DNA of 64,000 nucleotides from an uncultured Solirubrobacterales bacterium. Lineage in GTDB: Bacteria > Actinomycetota > Thermoleophilia > Solirubrobacterales > 70-9. Under the pieces are notes generated by a model, which ran no database searches, was not told the origin of the DNA, and was given only the letters and a program-made list of their open reading frames with translations. The translations under genes were made by a program, and so were the position numbers. The DNA is taken from assembly GCA_963728835.1 (NCBI GenBank), contig CAVSKZ010000003.1, forward strand, positions 90,923 to 154,922, in the 5' to 3' direction. This document shows, piece after piece, positions 9,481-19,419 of the stretch. Position 1 is the stretch's first letter; every line of letters begins with the position of its first letter.

Positions 9481-11569
9481 TTGACCAGCTTCTTGACCGA
9501 CTACGGAGTCGTTGTCGCGCTCGTCTGCGCGGGCGCCGCCGTTCTCTACGGACTTGTAATCACCCAGCGCCTGCTCAAGCGTCCCGCGGGCAACGACCGC
9601 ATGCAGGAGATCTCAGGCGCCGTCCAGGAAGGCGCAACCGCCTACCTGAACCGCCAGTACACGATCATCGCCGCGGTCGCCGTGCCGATCGCGATCGTGC
9701 TCCTGCTGCTGCAGAACTGGGAGACCGCAGTTGGCTTCGTCATCGGAGGGGTTCTCTCCGGCGCCGCCGGGTTCATCGGCATGAACCTCTCGGTGCGGGC
9801 CAACTCGCGCGTCGCCGAGGCGGCTCGCGGTGGGGTGCCGCCGGCGCTCGACGTCGCCTTCAAGGGCGGCTCGGTGACCGGCATGCTCGTCGTCGGCCTG
9901 GCGCTGCTCGGCGTCGCCGGCTACTACGGCTTCCTGGTCCTCACCGGCAGCAGCGACGAGCACGCTGTCGACGCCCTCGTCGGGCTCGGCTTCGGCGGTT
10001 CGCTGATCTCGGTCTTCGCCCGTCTCGGCGGCGGCATCTTCACCAAGGCCGCCGACGTCGGCGCCGACCTGGTCGGCAAGGTCGAGGCAGGCATCCCCGA
10101 GGACGACCCCCGCAACCCCGCCGTGATCGCCGACAACGTCGGCGACAACGTCGGCGACTGCGCGGGGATGGCCGCCGACCTCTTCGAGACCTACGCGGTC
10201 ACCTCGGTCGCCGTGATGCTGCTCGGCGTGCTCACCTTCACCGGCGCCGGTGGCGACTACCTGCGCGAGGTGGCGATCTACCCGCTGGTGCTGGGTGCCG
10301 TGGCGATCCTCGCCTCGATCGTCGGCGCGCTCTCGGTGCGGACCAAATCCGACCGGGTCGAGGGTGCCCTCTACCAGGGCCTGATCGTCTCCGGGATCCT
10401 CTCGATCGCGGCCTTCTACCCGATCACCGAGTGGCTGATGAGCGACGCGGTGCGGCTCGGCCTGAGCACCGCCGCCGACGCGGTCACCACCACCGACCTC
10501 TGGCTCTGCGCGGTGATCGGCGTGGCCGTGACGGGCCTGCTCTTCGTCATCACCGACTACTACACCTCGACCCGCTTCCGGCCGGTGAGGACGACCGCCG
10601 AAGCCTCCCAGACCGGTCACGCGACCAACATCATCCAGGGGCTCGCCCAGGGCTTCCAGTCGACCGCGGCGCCGGCCCTCGTGCTGGCGCTGGCGATCCT
10701 CGGCGCCAACGAGCTTGCCGGCATCTACGGCATCGGCGTCGCCGTGATGGCACAGCTCTCGCTCTGCGGCCTGATCGTCGCCCTCGACGCCTTCGGGCCG
10801 ATCACCGACAACGCCGGCGGCATCGCCGAGATGGCCGACCTGCCGGAGGAGGTGCGCAACGTCACCGACCCGCTCGACGCGGTCGGCAACACGACCAAGG
10901 CGGTGACCAAGGGCTACGCGATCGGCTCCGCCGCGCTGGCGGCGCTGGTTCTGTTCGCCGCCTTCAAGTAGCGAGCTGGAAGCGGAGGCCCCGGCCGGCT
11001 TCGACCTCAACGGCCTCTTCAACCTGACCTCGCCCGACGTGCTGATCGGGTTGATCATCGGCGGCATGATGGTCTACCTCTTCTCGGCCTTCGCGATCGA
11101 GGCGGTCGGTCGCGCGGGCGGACAGGTGGTCGAGGAGGTGCGCAAACAGTTCCGCGAGCACCCCGGGATCATGGAGGGCACCGAGAAGCCCGAGTACGGC
11201 AAGACGGTGGCGATCGTCACCGCCGCCGCCCAGAAGGAGATGATCCTTCCCTCGCTGATCCCGATCGTGATCCCGGTGATCGTCGGCCTGCTCAGCGTCG
11301 ACGCGCTCGGCGGCCTGCTGATCGGCGTCATCGTCGTCGGCCTCTTCGCCGCGATCTCGATGACCGCCGGTGGAGGCGCCTGGGACAACGCGAAGAAGCT
11401 GATCGAGGACGGTGCCTTCGGCGGCAAGGGCACGCTGGCCCACGAAGCCTCGATCACCGGCGACACGGTCGGCGACCCCTACAAGGACACGGCCGGGCCG
11501 GCGATCAACCCGATGATCAAGGTCGCCAACATCGTCGCGATCCTGATCATCCCGATAGTTCACTTCTAG
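9481..11569 (+). CDS. hppA: membrane-bound H+/Na+-translocating pyrophosphatase; frame broken by a 1-nt indel at about 10965-10971
   Basis: [49 protein letters not shown], then in the +1 frame [15 protein letters not shown] and [23 protein letters not shown] at 9481 is preceded by GGAGGA. The track splits it into 9265..10971 and 11039..11569. Confidence 0.9.
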
Positions 11570-11580
11570 GCTTGGAGCGT

Positions 11581-11662
11581 TGGGAGGGGCCGGGTGGCCC
11601 CTCCCAAAACGCGCGGCAGGAGCCGCGCTTGAGTGTTTTGGGAGAGGCCACCCGGCCCCTCT
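11581..11662. repeat. nested palindromic element (three hairpins) downstream of hppA
   Basis: GGGAGGGGCC-GGGT-GGCCCCTCCC (11582-11605), GCGCGGC-AGGA-GCCGCGC (11611-11628), then an inverted near-copy of the first hairpin with its AAAAC flank (11635-11662). The first hairpin probably terminates hppA. Confidence 0.6.
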
Positions 11663-11722
11663 GAAAGCCCAGGCCGAAAGCCCTCCTTCGGGGGATGACC
11701 GAAAGGCTCCTCGTGGCGTGGC

Positions 11723-12427
11723 TTACCGATGCTTCAGGGCTGCCGCCACACGCTCTGGTTCGTCGATCACCTGTCGGTAGGTGAGCCGCACGACGTCCAG
11801 CGAGCTCACATGGGCGTTTACCTCTGGCCTCGGCAGGCCGTATCGCTCGCATATCCGCAGGAAGGCTTGCTCGAGCGCGCTGCGTGTGCCCTCGAGCGAG
11901 GATTCGTCGTCGACTCGAAATCCGAGCACGCCCGCTTGACGTAGGGCGCGCTGCACCTCGGCGACGGGCGCGACCCTCCTCAGGTCCGCGATCGTTCGGG
12001 TCGGTGTTGTGACGGGAATTCCACGCCGCCGAGTTGTCTGCTCGGGTGTCAGGGTTCTTGAGCGATGAAGCTGGACCCCCTTGTGTTTGCCTTTGTTTGC
12101 GATTCCGGAGACCGAGACGTGGACGGGCTCGCTCCTCGGCGCCAGCAGCCCCCACAGAGATGCCGCGCTTCGGTGGCTGACGACGGCGTCGGATCCGTAC
12201 GCAAGTGCCGCGGCCATCCAGCGCCGCTCGTTGCTAGGGGCGGTGTGGCCAACTGCGTACACACCGCGGTGGATCCGATGCAAACGGCCAGATCTCAGGC
12301 GCCGGGTGATGGCATTGCTGGTCAGCCCGGCCGCTCGCAGCTGCCGAACGGACACGACCCCGTGCTGCCGGGCGGCCAAGTGGGCGATCACCACGTCTGT
12401 GGCGTCTTGCGATCGCATACCGACCAT
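11723..12427 (-). pseudogene. DUF559 / AbiEi-N domain protein with the nuclease core deleted
   Basis: The N-terminus RQHGVVSVRQLRAAGLTSNAITRRLRSGRLHRIHRGVYAV matches the intact paralog at 48043-48882. After LPRPEVNAHV the expected core (...EVD..W......VELDG..H......DRERD...) is missing and the text jumps to VRLTYRQV. Confidence 0.65.
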
Positions 12428-12479
12428 AAGACGCCACAGGCACGGGATTCTCCCCCTGGCGAGGGGTGGATGAGACGGG

Positions 12480-12956
12480 CTAGGGGGCGGGCTGGGCGCC
12501 GCCGTCGGAGATGGTGGCGCTGTTTACGCGCCTGCTCAGCTTGTTCACCCGTTCGTTGGTGGCGGCGATGCGGGTGTTGAGGCTTTCGGCCTGGGCTTCG
12601 AGCGAGCCGACCCGTTTCGCCAGCTTCGCGGTCTGTTCGGCGCCGGCTTCCAGCTTGGCGGTCTCGCGTTCGAGCTTGCCCAGGCGCTTGGAGAGGCTGT
12701 CGATGGCGCTGCGGCCTTGCTTGGCCTTGCCCTGCAATTCCTCCTGCTCGCCGGTCAGGCTCTCCTCGGCGATTCCGAGCCGGTCGGCCATGTTGGAGAG
12801 CTTGGTGGAGACTTCCTCGACGGACTGTTCCTTGGCGGCGTCGTCGCTTGCGCTCTTGGCGCCTGCGGCGACGATCAGGGCGATCACTCCGAGAGCGAGA
12901 CCGAGTCCGGCGATCGCAATCAGGATCCAGGACTGACGACTGTTCTCTTGCTCCAC
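12480..12956 (-). CDS. membrane-anchored coiled-coil protein (hypothetical)
   Basis: An N-terminal TM helix (WILIAIAGLGLALGVIALIVAAG) is followed by heptad-like Glu/Lys/Ala-rich sequence. Strong GC3. Confidence 0.6.
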   Translation of the reverse strand: MEQENSRQSWILIAIAGLGLALGVIALIVAAGAKSASDDAAKEQSVEEVSTKLSNMADRLGIAEESLTGEQEELQGKAKQGRSAIDSLSKRLGKLERETAKLEAGAEQTAKLAKRVGSLEAQAESLNTRIAATNERVNKLSRRVNSATISDGGAQPAP

Positions 12957-13072
12957 TTGCTTCCTCCGGATGTGGCCGAGCCGGCCTGGGGCTCGCTGAC
13001 GGGACGGGACCCGGCGATCCTCGCAGCCGCTGCGGTCGCCACTGGGAGCGAGAGCGCTAGGGTCGCGCCACG

Positions 13073-14165
13073 GTGCTCGACGATCCGATCAACGTCGCCG
13101 GCTTCGAGCGGGCGGCCGAGGAGAAGCTTGACCCCGGCGTCGCCGGGTACTTCTTCGGCGGCGCCTGCGACGAGGTGACGCTGGCCGAGAACGTCTCCGC
13201 CTGGGGGCACTGGCGCCTGCGACCGCGGATGCTGGCCGGTCATAGGGAGTGGCGGACCGGGTCGAAGCTGCTCGGCGGCGAGCTCTCGATGCCGATCTTG
13301 GTCGCGCCCGTCGCCTACCAGCGCCTCGTCGACCCGGACGGTGAGGCTGGCGATGGCGCGGGCCGCTAGCGCCGCCGGCACCGTGATGTGCCTTTCGACC
13401 CTGGCCACGACCCGGCCCAGCGAGGTCGCGGCCTCCTCGCCCGGCGGCCGGCGCTGGTTCCAGCTGTACTGCTTCCGCGACGAGGGGGTGACGCGGGCGC
13501 TGATGGAGGAGGCGATCGACTCCGGCTTCGAGGCCATCGTCGTCACCGTGGACGCACCCCGGGGCGGCCGGCGCGAGCGCGACCTGCGAACCGGCTTCAG
13601 GATTCCCGAGGGCCTCGGCGTCCCCAGCGTCCAGGCGGCGCTCGGCTCTGAGCGGGCGGTGACGATCGAGGAGACCTTCGCCCTGATGGACCCGGCGCTG
13701 GGCTGGAGGGACCTGGAGGATCTCGCCTCGGACTGCAGCGTGCCCGTCCTGGTCAAGGGCGTGCTGACCGCGGAGGACGCGACGCTCGCCGTCGAGCACG
13801 GCGCCGCGGGCGTCGTCGTCTCCAATCACGGCGGTCGTCAGCTCGACTGCGTCCCGGCTACCGCCGACGCGCTCCCCGAGGTCGTCGATGCGGTCGAAGG
13901 CCGGAGCTCCGTCCTCGTCGACGGCGGGGTGCGGCGGGGGACCGATGTGGCCATCGCCCTCGCGCTCGGCGCCGACGCGGTGCTGGTCGGACGGCCGGCG
14001 CTCTGGGGGCTCGCGGTGGGGGGCGAGGCCGGAGCCCTCCGGGTCCTGGAGCTGCTCCGCGCGGAGCTCGAGCTGGCGCTGGCCCTCTGCGGCTGCGATT
14101 CACCGGCAGGCCTGAGCCGCGCCCACGTGCGGCGGGCACCGGCTGCGTCCGTATATTCGGCCTAG
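13073..14165 (+). CDS. FMN-dependent alpha-hydroxy-acid dehydrogenase/oxidase (L-lactate dehydrogenase / glycolate oxidase family); 1-nt insertion near 13345
   Basis: PILVAPVAYQRLVDPDGE | (frame change) AMARAASAAGTVMCLST...WFQLY...VVTVDAP..GRRERD...VKGV...VVVSNHGGRQLD...DGGVRRGTDV. The track splits it into 13073..13369 and 13341..14165. Confidence 0.85.
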
Positions 14166-14188
14166 ATGATGGCCCCAGGCAGGAATAG

Positions 14189-16123
14189 ATGGCGCAGCGG
14201 ATCCCCCGCGACGAGTCGCTGAGTCGCGTACACGGCGTCGGCGGCCTCTTCGCCGCGGCCTACGGCAACGTCGGCTCGAGCATCTACTACGCGCTCGGCG
14301 TCACCGCGGCCTTCGCCCTCGGCCTGACGCCGGTCGCCTTCGTCATCTCTGGGCTGATCTTCGCCGCCACCGCCGCGACCTACGCCGAGGCGACGGTGAT
14401 GTACCCGGAGGCCGGCGGCTCCTCGAGCTTCGCCCGCCATGCCTTCAACGAGCTGGTCAGCTTCGTCGCGGCCTGGGGCCAGATGCTCAACTACGTGATC
14501 ACGGTCGCGATCTCGGCCTACTTCGTCCCTCACTACCTGGCCGTCTTCTGGGAGCCCCTCGGCGAGGCGCCGGGCGACATCGTCGGCGGCGCGGTGCTGA
14601 TCGTGGCCCTGGCGCTGCTCAACATCCGCGGCTCGCAGGAGTCGGCGAAGCTCAACCTGGTCCTGGCGATGGCGGACCTCGCCACGCAGGTGGTGCTGGT
14701 CGGGATCGGCGTCTTCCTCGTCCTCAGCCCGGAGGTTCTGATCGACAACGTCCACCTCGGCGTCGCCCCGACCTGGAGCGACTTCGCCCTCGGGATCGCG
14801 GTCGGAATGATCGCCTACACGGGGATCGAGACGATCTCCAACATGGCCGAGGAGGCCCGTGACGCGGCACGGACGATCCCCCGCAGCGTCGGCCTCACCG
14901 TCGTCGCCGTGCTCGGGCTGTACCTGCTGATACCCATCGTCGCGCTCTCGGCGATGCCCGTCACCCAGGACGCCGCGGGCCAGTACACGACCACTCTCGG
15001 CACCCAGTTCGCCAACGACCCGATCCTCGGCATCGTCGAGAACCTCGGCCTCAGCCACGGCCCGACCGAAGCGCTGCGCTTCTACGTCGGCGTGCTCGCC
15101 GCGGTGATCCTCCTGATCGCGACCAACGCCGGCCTGATCGGCGTCTCCCGCCTCACCTACTCGATGGGCCAGCACCGCCAGCTGCCCGAAAGGCTGCGCC
15201 AGGTCCATCCCCGCTACCGGACGCCCTACATCGCGATCCTCGTCTTCTCCGCGATCGCGATGATCACCCTGCTGCCGGGGCAGACCGACTTCCTGGCGAC
15301 GATGTACTCGTTCGGCGCGATGCTGTCCTTCACGATCGCGCACGTCTCGGTGATCCAGCTGCGACGGCGCCGGTCCGAAGACGGGCGCCCCTGGAAACCG
15401 CCGTTCAACTTCCGCGCCTTCGGCACCGAGGTTCCGCTGACCGCCGTCCTCGGGGGGTTGGGCACCTTCGCGGCGTGGATCGTCGTCATGGCGCTCAACC
15501 CGCGCACCCTCGCGGTGGGGCTCGGCTGGATGGCCTTCGGACTCCTCGTCTACGTGCTCTACCGCCGCAATCAGCGCCTGCCGCTCACCGAGACGGTCAA
15601 GGTTCTGACACCCGAGCCGCTTGGAGTCGAGGAGATCGAGTACCGCAGCGTCCTGGTCGCCTTCGAGGACGGCGAGCCGTTCTCGGAGGAGATGGTCGCC
15701 ACCGCGGTCAAGCTCGCCTCCAAGCGCCGCCGCGGCATCCACATCCACTCGATGCTGACCGTACCCACCAACCTGCCCCTGGACGCCGAGCTTCCCGCGC
15801 AGGAGTCTGAGACCCAGAGCAAGATCGAGCAGGCGAAGCTGATCGGCGGCCAGCGCGTGACCGGGCACGTCGAGCGGGTCCGGCCCGGCCAGGCCGGCTA
15901 CGCGATCGCGGAGGAGGCGGAGCTGATCTCGGCCGCCGCGGTGGTCGTCGGCCTGCGCTACCGCAACGGGCGTCCGCTCTACGACAAGACCCTGCAGACG
16001 GTGCTCGGCCAGCGTCCCTGCCGTGTCATCGTCGTCTCCGACCCGGCCGTAGAATCGCAGGCGTGGGCTCGCCCGAACGGATCTACCGCGGCTCCGTCCG
16101 CGCCCTCTCCCTCGTCTTCCTAG
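14189..16123 (+). CDS. APC-superfamily permease with C-terminal universal stress protein (Usp) domain
   Basis: About 12 predicted TM segments with the GGSSSFARHAFNELVSFVAAW motif. The C-terminal region of about 150 aa (VLVAFEDGE...PCRVIVV) is Usp-like. Confidence 0.85.
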   Translation: MAQRIPRDESLSRVHGVGGLFAAAYGNVGSSIYYALGVTAAFALGLTPVAFVISGLIFAATAATYAEATVMYPEAGGSSSFARHAFNELVSFVAAWGQMLNYVITVAISAYFVPHYLAVFWEPLGEAPGDIVGGAVLIVALALLNIRGSQESAKLNLVLAMADLATQVVLVGIGVFLVLSPEVLIDNVHLGVAPTWSDFALGIAVGMIAYTGIETISNMAEEARDAARTIPRSVGLTVVAVLGLYLLIPIVALSAMPVTQDAAGQYTTTLGTQFANDPILGIVENLGLSHGPTEALRFYVGVLAAVILLIATNAGLIGVSRLTYSMGQHRQLPERLRQVHPRYRTPYIAILVFSAIAMITLLPGQTDFLATMYSFGAMLSFTIAHVSVIQLRRRRSEDGRPWKPPFNFRAFGTEVPLTAVLGGLGTFAAWIVVMALNPRTLAVGLGWMAFGLLVYVLYRRNQRLPLTETVKVLTPEPLGVEEIEYRSVLVAFEDGEPFSEEMVATAVKLASKRRRGIHIHSMLTVPTNLPLDAELPAQESETQSKIEQAKLIGGQRVTGHVERVRPGQAGYAIAEEAELISAAAVVVGLRYRNGRPLYDKTLQTVLGQRPCRVIVVSDPAVESQAWARPNGSTAAPSAPSPSSS

Positions 16124-16248
16124 CGCTGGGCCTGGCGATCCTCGTCAGCACGGTCGCCAACGGCGGCGGCCCGCTCTCGGTCGGGACCCTGCTCGGCGTC
16201 GCCTTCCTCCTGCTCGGATCCGTGCGTCTCTGGATCGCGTTGCGTTGA
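16063..16248 (+). CDS. small two-TM membrane protein (hypothetical)
   Basis: 61 aa with very high GC3. Its stop overlaps the TTG start of the next permease (TTGA), suggesting translational coupling. It overlaps the low-GC3 tail of the upstream gene. Confidence 0.45.
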   Translation: MGSPERIYRGSVRALSLVFLALGLAILVSTVANGGGPLSVGTLLGVAFLLLGSVRLWIALR

Positions 16249-18239
16249 CCGAGCCCGGGCAACCGCGGAAACCGCCGCTGCCGCCGCTGCTGCAGCGCGG
16301 CCTCGGGGTGCCGGGGCTCTTCGTCGCCGTCTACTCGGCGGTCGGAGCCTCGATCTACTTCGCGCTCGGGGTCGTCGCCGAGCGGGGCCTTGGGCTGACC
16401 CCGCTGATCTTCCTCGCCGCGGGGCTCCTCTTCGTCCTCACGACGCTCAGCTACGCGGAGGGAGCGGGGATGCTGCGCGAGCGCGGCGGCTCTTCGAGCT
16501 TCGCCCGCCATGCCTTCAACGAGCTGATCGCGTTCATAGCCGGCTGGGCGATCCTGATCGACTACCTGATCGTCGCCGCCCTGGCTGCGATCTCGGTCCC
16601 GCACTACCTGGCGCCGGTCTCCGCCGACCTCGCCTCCTCCGGCTGGGAGGTGGGGATCGCCGCCCTGGTCATCGTCGCCGCCTGCCTGCTCAACGTCTTC
16701 AACGTGACCGGGCGGGGCCGCGAGCGCCAGCTGGCCGTCCTCGCGCTCGCCGACATCGTCCTCCAGCTGGCGGTGGTCGCGGTCGGCGTCCTCGTCGTCT
16801 TCCACCCCGACCGGCTCACTGCCGAGCTCGACCTCTTCACCGACCCCAACGTCACCGACATCGTCTACGCAGCGGTGATCGCGATGCTCGCCTACGCCGG
16901 GATCGAGGCCGCAGCCGACCTTGCGCCGGACATCGACGCTAGGCCGCGCGAGCTGAGGCGGATCGTCTCGATCGGCGCGATCGCCGTCCCGTTCGGCTAC
17001 GCGGCGATGGCGACGATCGCGCTGATGGCGGTGCCCGTGATCGCCGGTCCGAGCGGCCCCGAGACGGCGCTCGGCGGCGAGTTCGTCGAGGCGCCGATCC
17101 TGGGGGTCGTCTCCGCCTACGAACCCGTCTGGGTCGCCGACGGGATGCGCTGGGCCGTCGCGATCGTCGCCGTGCCGGTGCTCTTCTGGGCGGCCACGAC
17201 CTCGCTGCTGGGGGTCTCCCGCCACATCTACACGCTCGCGATCAACCGTCAGATCCCCAGCTGGCTGGGAAAGCTCAACCGCCGTCACGCGGCCCCATAC
17301 GTGGCGATCGCGATCTCCGGCCTGATCGCGATCGGCCTGGTCGTGCCGGCGGACGTGCACGTGCTGGCCGGCCTGTACGCCTTCGGCGCGACGCTGGCGA
17401 TCACGATCGCCCACCTCTCGGTGATCCGGTTGCGCGTCACCGAGCCCGGCCTCGCGAGACCGTTCCGCGTCCCCTGGGACTTCTCCTGGCGGGGTGCTCG
17501 GCTGCCGGTCCCGGCGGTGCTGGCGGCGGCGATCAGCGGCCTCGCCTTCCTCAGCGTGCTCGGATACCACGACACGGCGCGCTGGGTGGGAGGCGGCTGG
17601 ATGCTGTTCGGGCTTCTCTTCTACGTCGTCTACCGCAAGGTCGTCGAGGGGACGAGCCTGACCAAGCGCGTCTCGGTGACCGAGAAGGCGCTGACCAAGC
17701 AGGTGCCGGAGGTCGCCTACCGCAACATCCTCGTTCCCGTCTTCGGCACCAAGCTCGACGACGACATCGTCGCCACCGCCGGTCGGCTGGCCGCGGCGGA
17801 GCAGGAGCAGGCCGCCGCTGACGCCGACCCGACACGTCTGGATTTGATCTTCGTGATCGAGGTGCCGCTGACCGTCGCCCTCGACGCCGAGCTGGACCCG
17901 GGGATCGAGCGGGAGGCGGCTCGCGCCCTGCGCCGCGCCAGCGACGTGGGCGAGGAGTACGCCGACGTTCGGGTGACGGCGGAAGCGGTGCGCGCCCGCG
18001 ACGTCGGCGCCGGGATCGTCGACGCGGCGCGGCACAGCGGCGCCGAGGCAATCGTGATGGGGAGCGAGCCCCCCACCAAGATCAGGGGCGGGGCGACGCT
18101 GGGGGGGATCGGCGCCGCGAAGCCGGCCGAGATCGGCGCCGCGACCGAGTACGTCCTGAAAAAGGCCCCGTGCCGCGTGTTGCTCACCGCGCCTCCCGAG
18201 AGCCCAGACGGGGAAGTTGCGCGCCCCTTTCAGTCCTGA
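16245..18239 (+). CDS. APC-superfamily permease with C-terminal Usp domain (paralog of 14189-16123)
   Basis: Same architecture and the same GGSSSFARHAFNELIAFIAGW motif. The C-terminal ILVPVFG...PCRVLL is Usp-like. Confidence 0.85.
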   Translation: MTEPGQPRKPPLPPLLQRGLGVPGLFVAVYSAVGASIYFALGVVAERGLGLTPLIFLAAGLLFVLTTLSYAEGAGMLRERGGSSSFARHAFNELIAFIAGWAILIDYLIVAALAAISVPHYLAPVSADLASSGWEVGIAALVIVAACLLNVFNVTGRGRERQLAVLALADIVLQLAVVAVGVLVVFHPDRLTAELDLFTDPNVTDIVYAAVIAMLAYAGIEAAADLAPDIDARPRELRRIVSIGAIAVPFGYAAMATIALMAVPVIAGPSGPETALGGEFVEAPILGVVSAYEPVWVADGMRWAVAIVAVPVLFWAATTSLLGVSRHIYTLAINRQIPSWLGKLNRRHAAPYVAIAISGLIAIGLVVPADVHVLAGLYAFGATLAITIAHLSVIRLRVTEPGLARPFRVPWDFSWRGARLPVPAVLAAAISGLAFLSVLGYHDTARWVGGGWMLFGLLFYVVYRKVVEGTSLTKRVSVTEKALTKQVPEVAYRNILVPVFGTKLDDDIVATAGRLAAAEQEQAAADADPTRLDLIFVIEVPLTVALDAELDPGIEREAARALRRASDVGEEYADVRVTAEAVRARDVGAGIVDAARHSGAEAIVMGSEPPTKIRGGATLGGIGAAKPAEIGAATEYVLKKAPCRVLLTAPPESPDGEVARPFQS

Positions 18240-18255
18240 CATCTAGTATCCGGCC

Positions 18256-18732
18256 ATGTTCATTCTCATCGTCGGATGCGGTCGCGTCGGGTCCTCCCTG
18301 GCGCGGGCGATGCTGAGCCAGGGGCACGAAGTCTCCTGCCTCGACGAGGACCCCGAGTCCCACGCCCGGCTCGAGGTCGGGCTCGACAAGGGGTGGGAGG
18401 ACCTCGGCGGCCAGTTCACGGTCGGGGCAGGCCTGGAGACCGACGCCCTCGTCGCCGCCGGGATCGAGAGGGCGGACGCCTTCATCGCCTCGACCGACGG
18501 CGACAACACCAACATCGTGATCGCCCAGATCGCGCAGCGCCGCTACGAGGTCCCGACCGTGGTCGCACGCATCCTCGACCCCCTGCGGGCGGAGTGGTAC
18601 GAGCGCCAGGGCGTGCACACGGTCTGCCCGACCCGAGTTGCGATCGACATGCTCGAGGCCGCCGTGCTCGAGGGCCCGTCCCGGGAGAGCGCCGCCTCCG
18701 GTGAGCGAGCAGAAGCCGGACGGGGGGGCTGA
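18256..18732 (+). CDS. TrkA-N (RCK) domain K+ transport regulatory protein, CeoB-like
   Basis: MFILIVGCGRVGSSLARAM Rossmann motif and ADAFIASTDGDNTNI. Confidence 0.8.
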   Translation: MFILIVGCGRVGSSLARAMLSQGHEVSCLDEDPESHARLEVGLDKGWEDLGGQFTVGAGLETDALVAAGIERADAFIASTDGDNTNIVIAQIAQRRYEVPTVVARILDPLRAEWYERQGVHTVCPTRVAIDMLEAAVLEGPSRESAASGERAEAGRGG

Positions 18733-18735
18733 GAC

Positions 18736-19419
18736 ATGTACATCATCGTCGTCGGCGCGGGGAAGGTCGGTTGGAACCTGGCCCGCGAGCTGCTCGAAAA
18801 GGACCACGAGGTGACGCTGATCGAGAGCGACCGCCGCCGCTACCTCACGGTCGAGCAGGAGCTCGAGCACAACGTCACCTACGGCGACGCATCCGAGCTC
18901 TGGGTGCTGGAGCGCGCCGGCATCCAGCGGGCCGAGATGGTGATCGCCGTGACCGGCGACGACGAGGACAACATGCTGATCTGCCAGGTTGCCCGCGAGA
19001 AGTACGAGGTAGAGCGGATCATCGCCCGGGTCAACAACCCGCGCAACAAGTCCCACTTCGACCTGCTCGGGATCAAGCCCTCGGTCTCGGCCACCGACCT
19101 GATCCTGCGCCTGCTCGAGCACGAGGTGCCCGAGTACGGCCTCGTCCACCTGCTCGACCTGCAGGAGGAGCAGCTGGAGATCATCGAGATGCTGCTCGGC
19201 AAGGACTCGGGCGTGACCGGGCGGCGGGTCGGCGACCTGGAGATGCCCGAAGGGAGCCTGCTGATCTCGGTGCTGCGCAGCGGCAAGGGCTTCGTGCCGG
19301 TGGCCGACACGGTGCTCGAAGCCGGCGACGAGGTCCTCGCGGTGCTCGATCCCGGCCACGAGGAGCAGCTGAAGGAGCTCTTCGGGCCGGGCGGCAACGG
19401 CTCCGTCGCCGATGGCTGA
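18736..19419 (+). CDS. TrkA family K+ transport protein (RCK N + C domains), CeoC-like
   Basis: MYIIVVGAGKVGWNLAREL, AVTGDDEDNMLICQ and a C-terminal TrkA-C segment (GRRVGDLEMPEGSLLISVLR). Confidence 0.82.
   Translation: MYIIVVGAGKVGWNLARELLEKDHEVTLIESDRRRYLTVEQELEHNVTYGDASELWVLERAGIQRAEMVIAVTGDDEDNMLICQVAREKYEVERIIARVNNPRNKSHFDLLGIKPSVSATDLILRLLEHEVPEYGLVHLLDLQEEQLEIIEMLLGKDSGVTGRRVGDLEMPEGSLLISVLRSGKGFVPVADTVLEAGDEVLAVLDPGHEEQLKELFGPGGNGSVADG

Noticed and set aside
10955-10975. Programmed +1 frameshift or stop-codon recoding in hppA
   Set aside because: There is no slippery heptamer or downstream stimulatory structure. A dozen other genes, including essential aaRS genes, show the same kind of single-base break, so sequencing error is the simpler explanation.
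11547-12155. 202-aa minus-strand ORF overlapping the hppA end and the truncated DUF559 gene
   Set aside because: It is an alternative frame of the DUF559 gene and of the palindromic non-coding element. It is Arg/Pro/Ser-rich with no motif.
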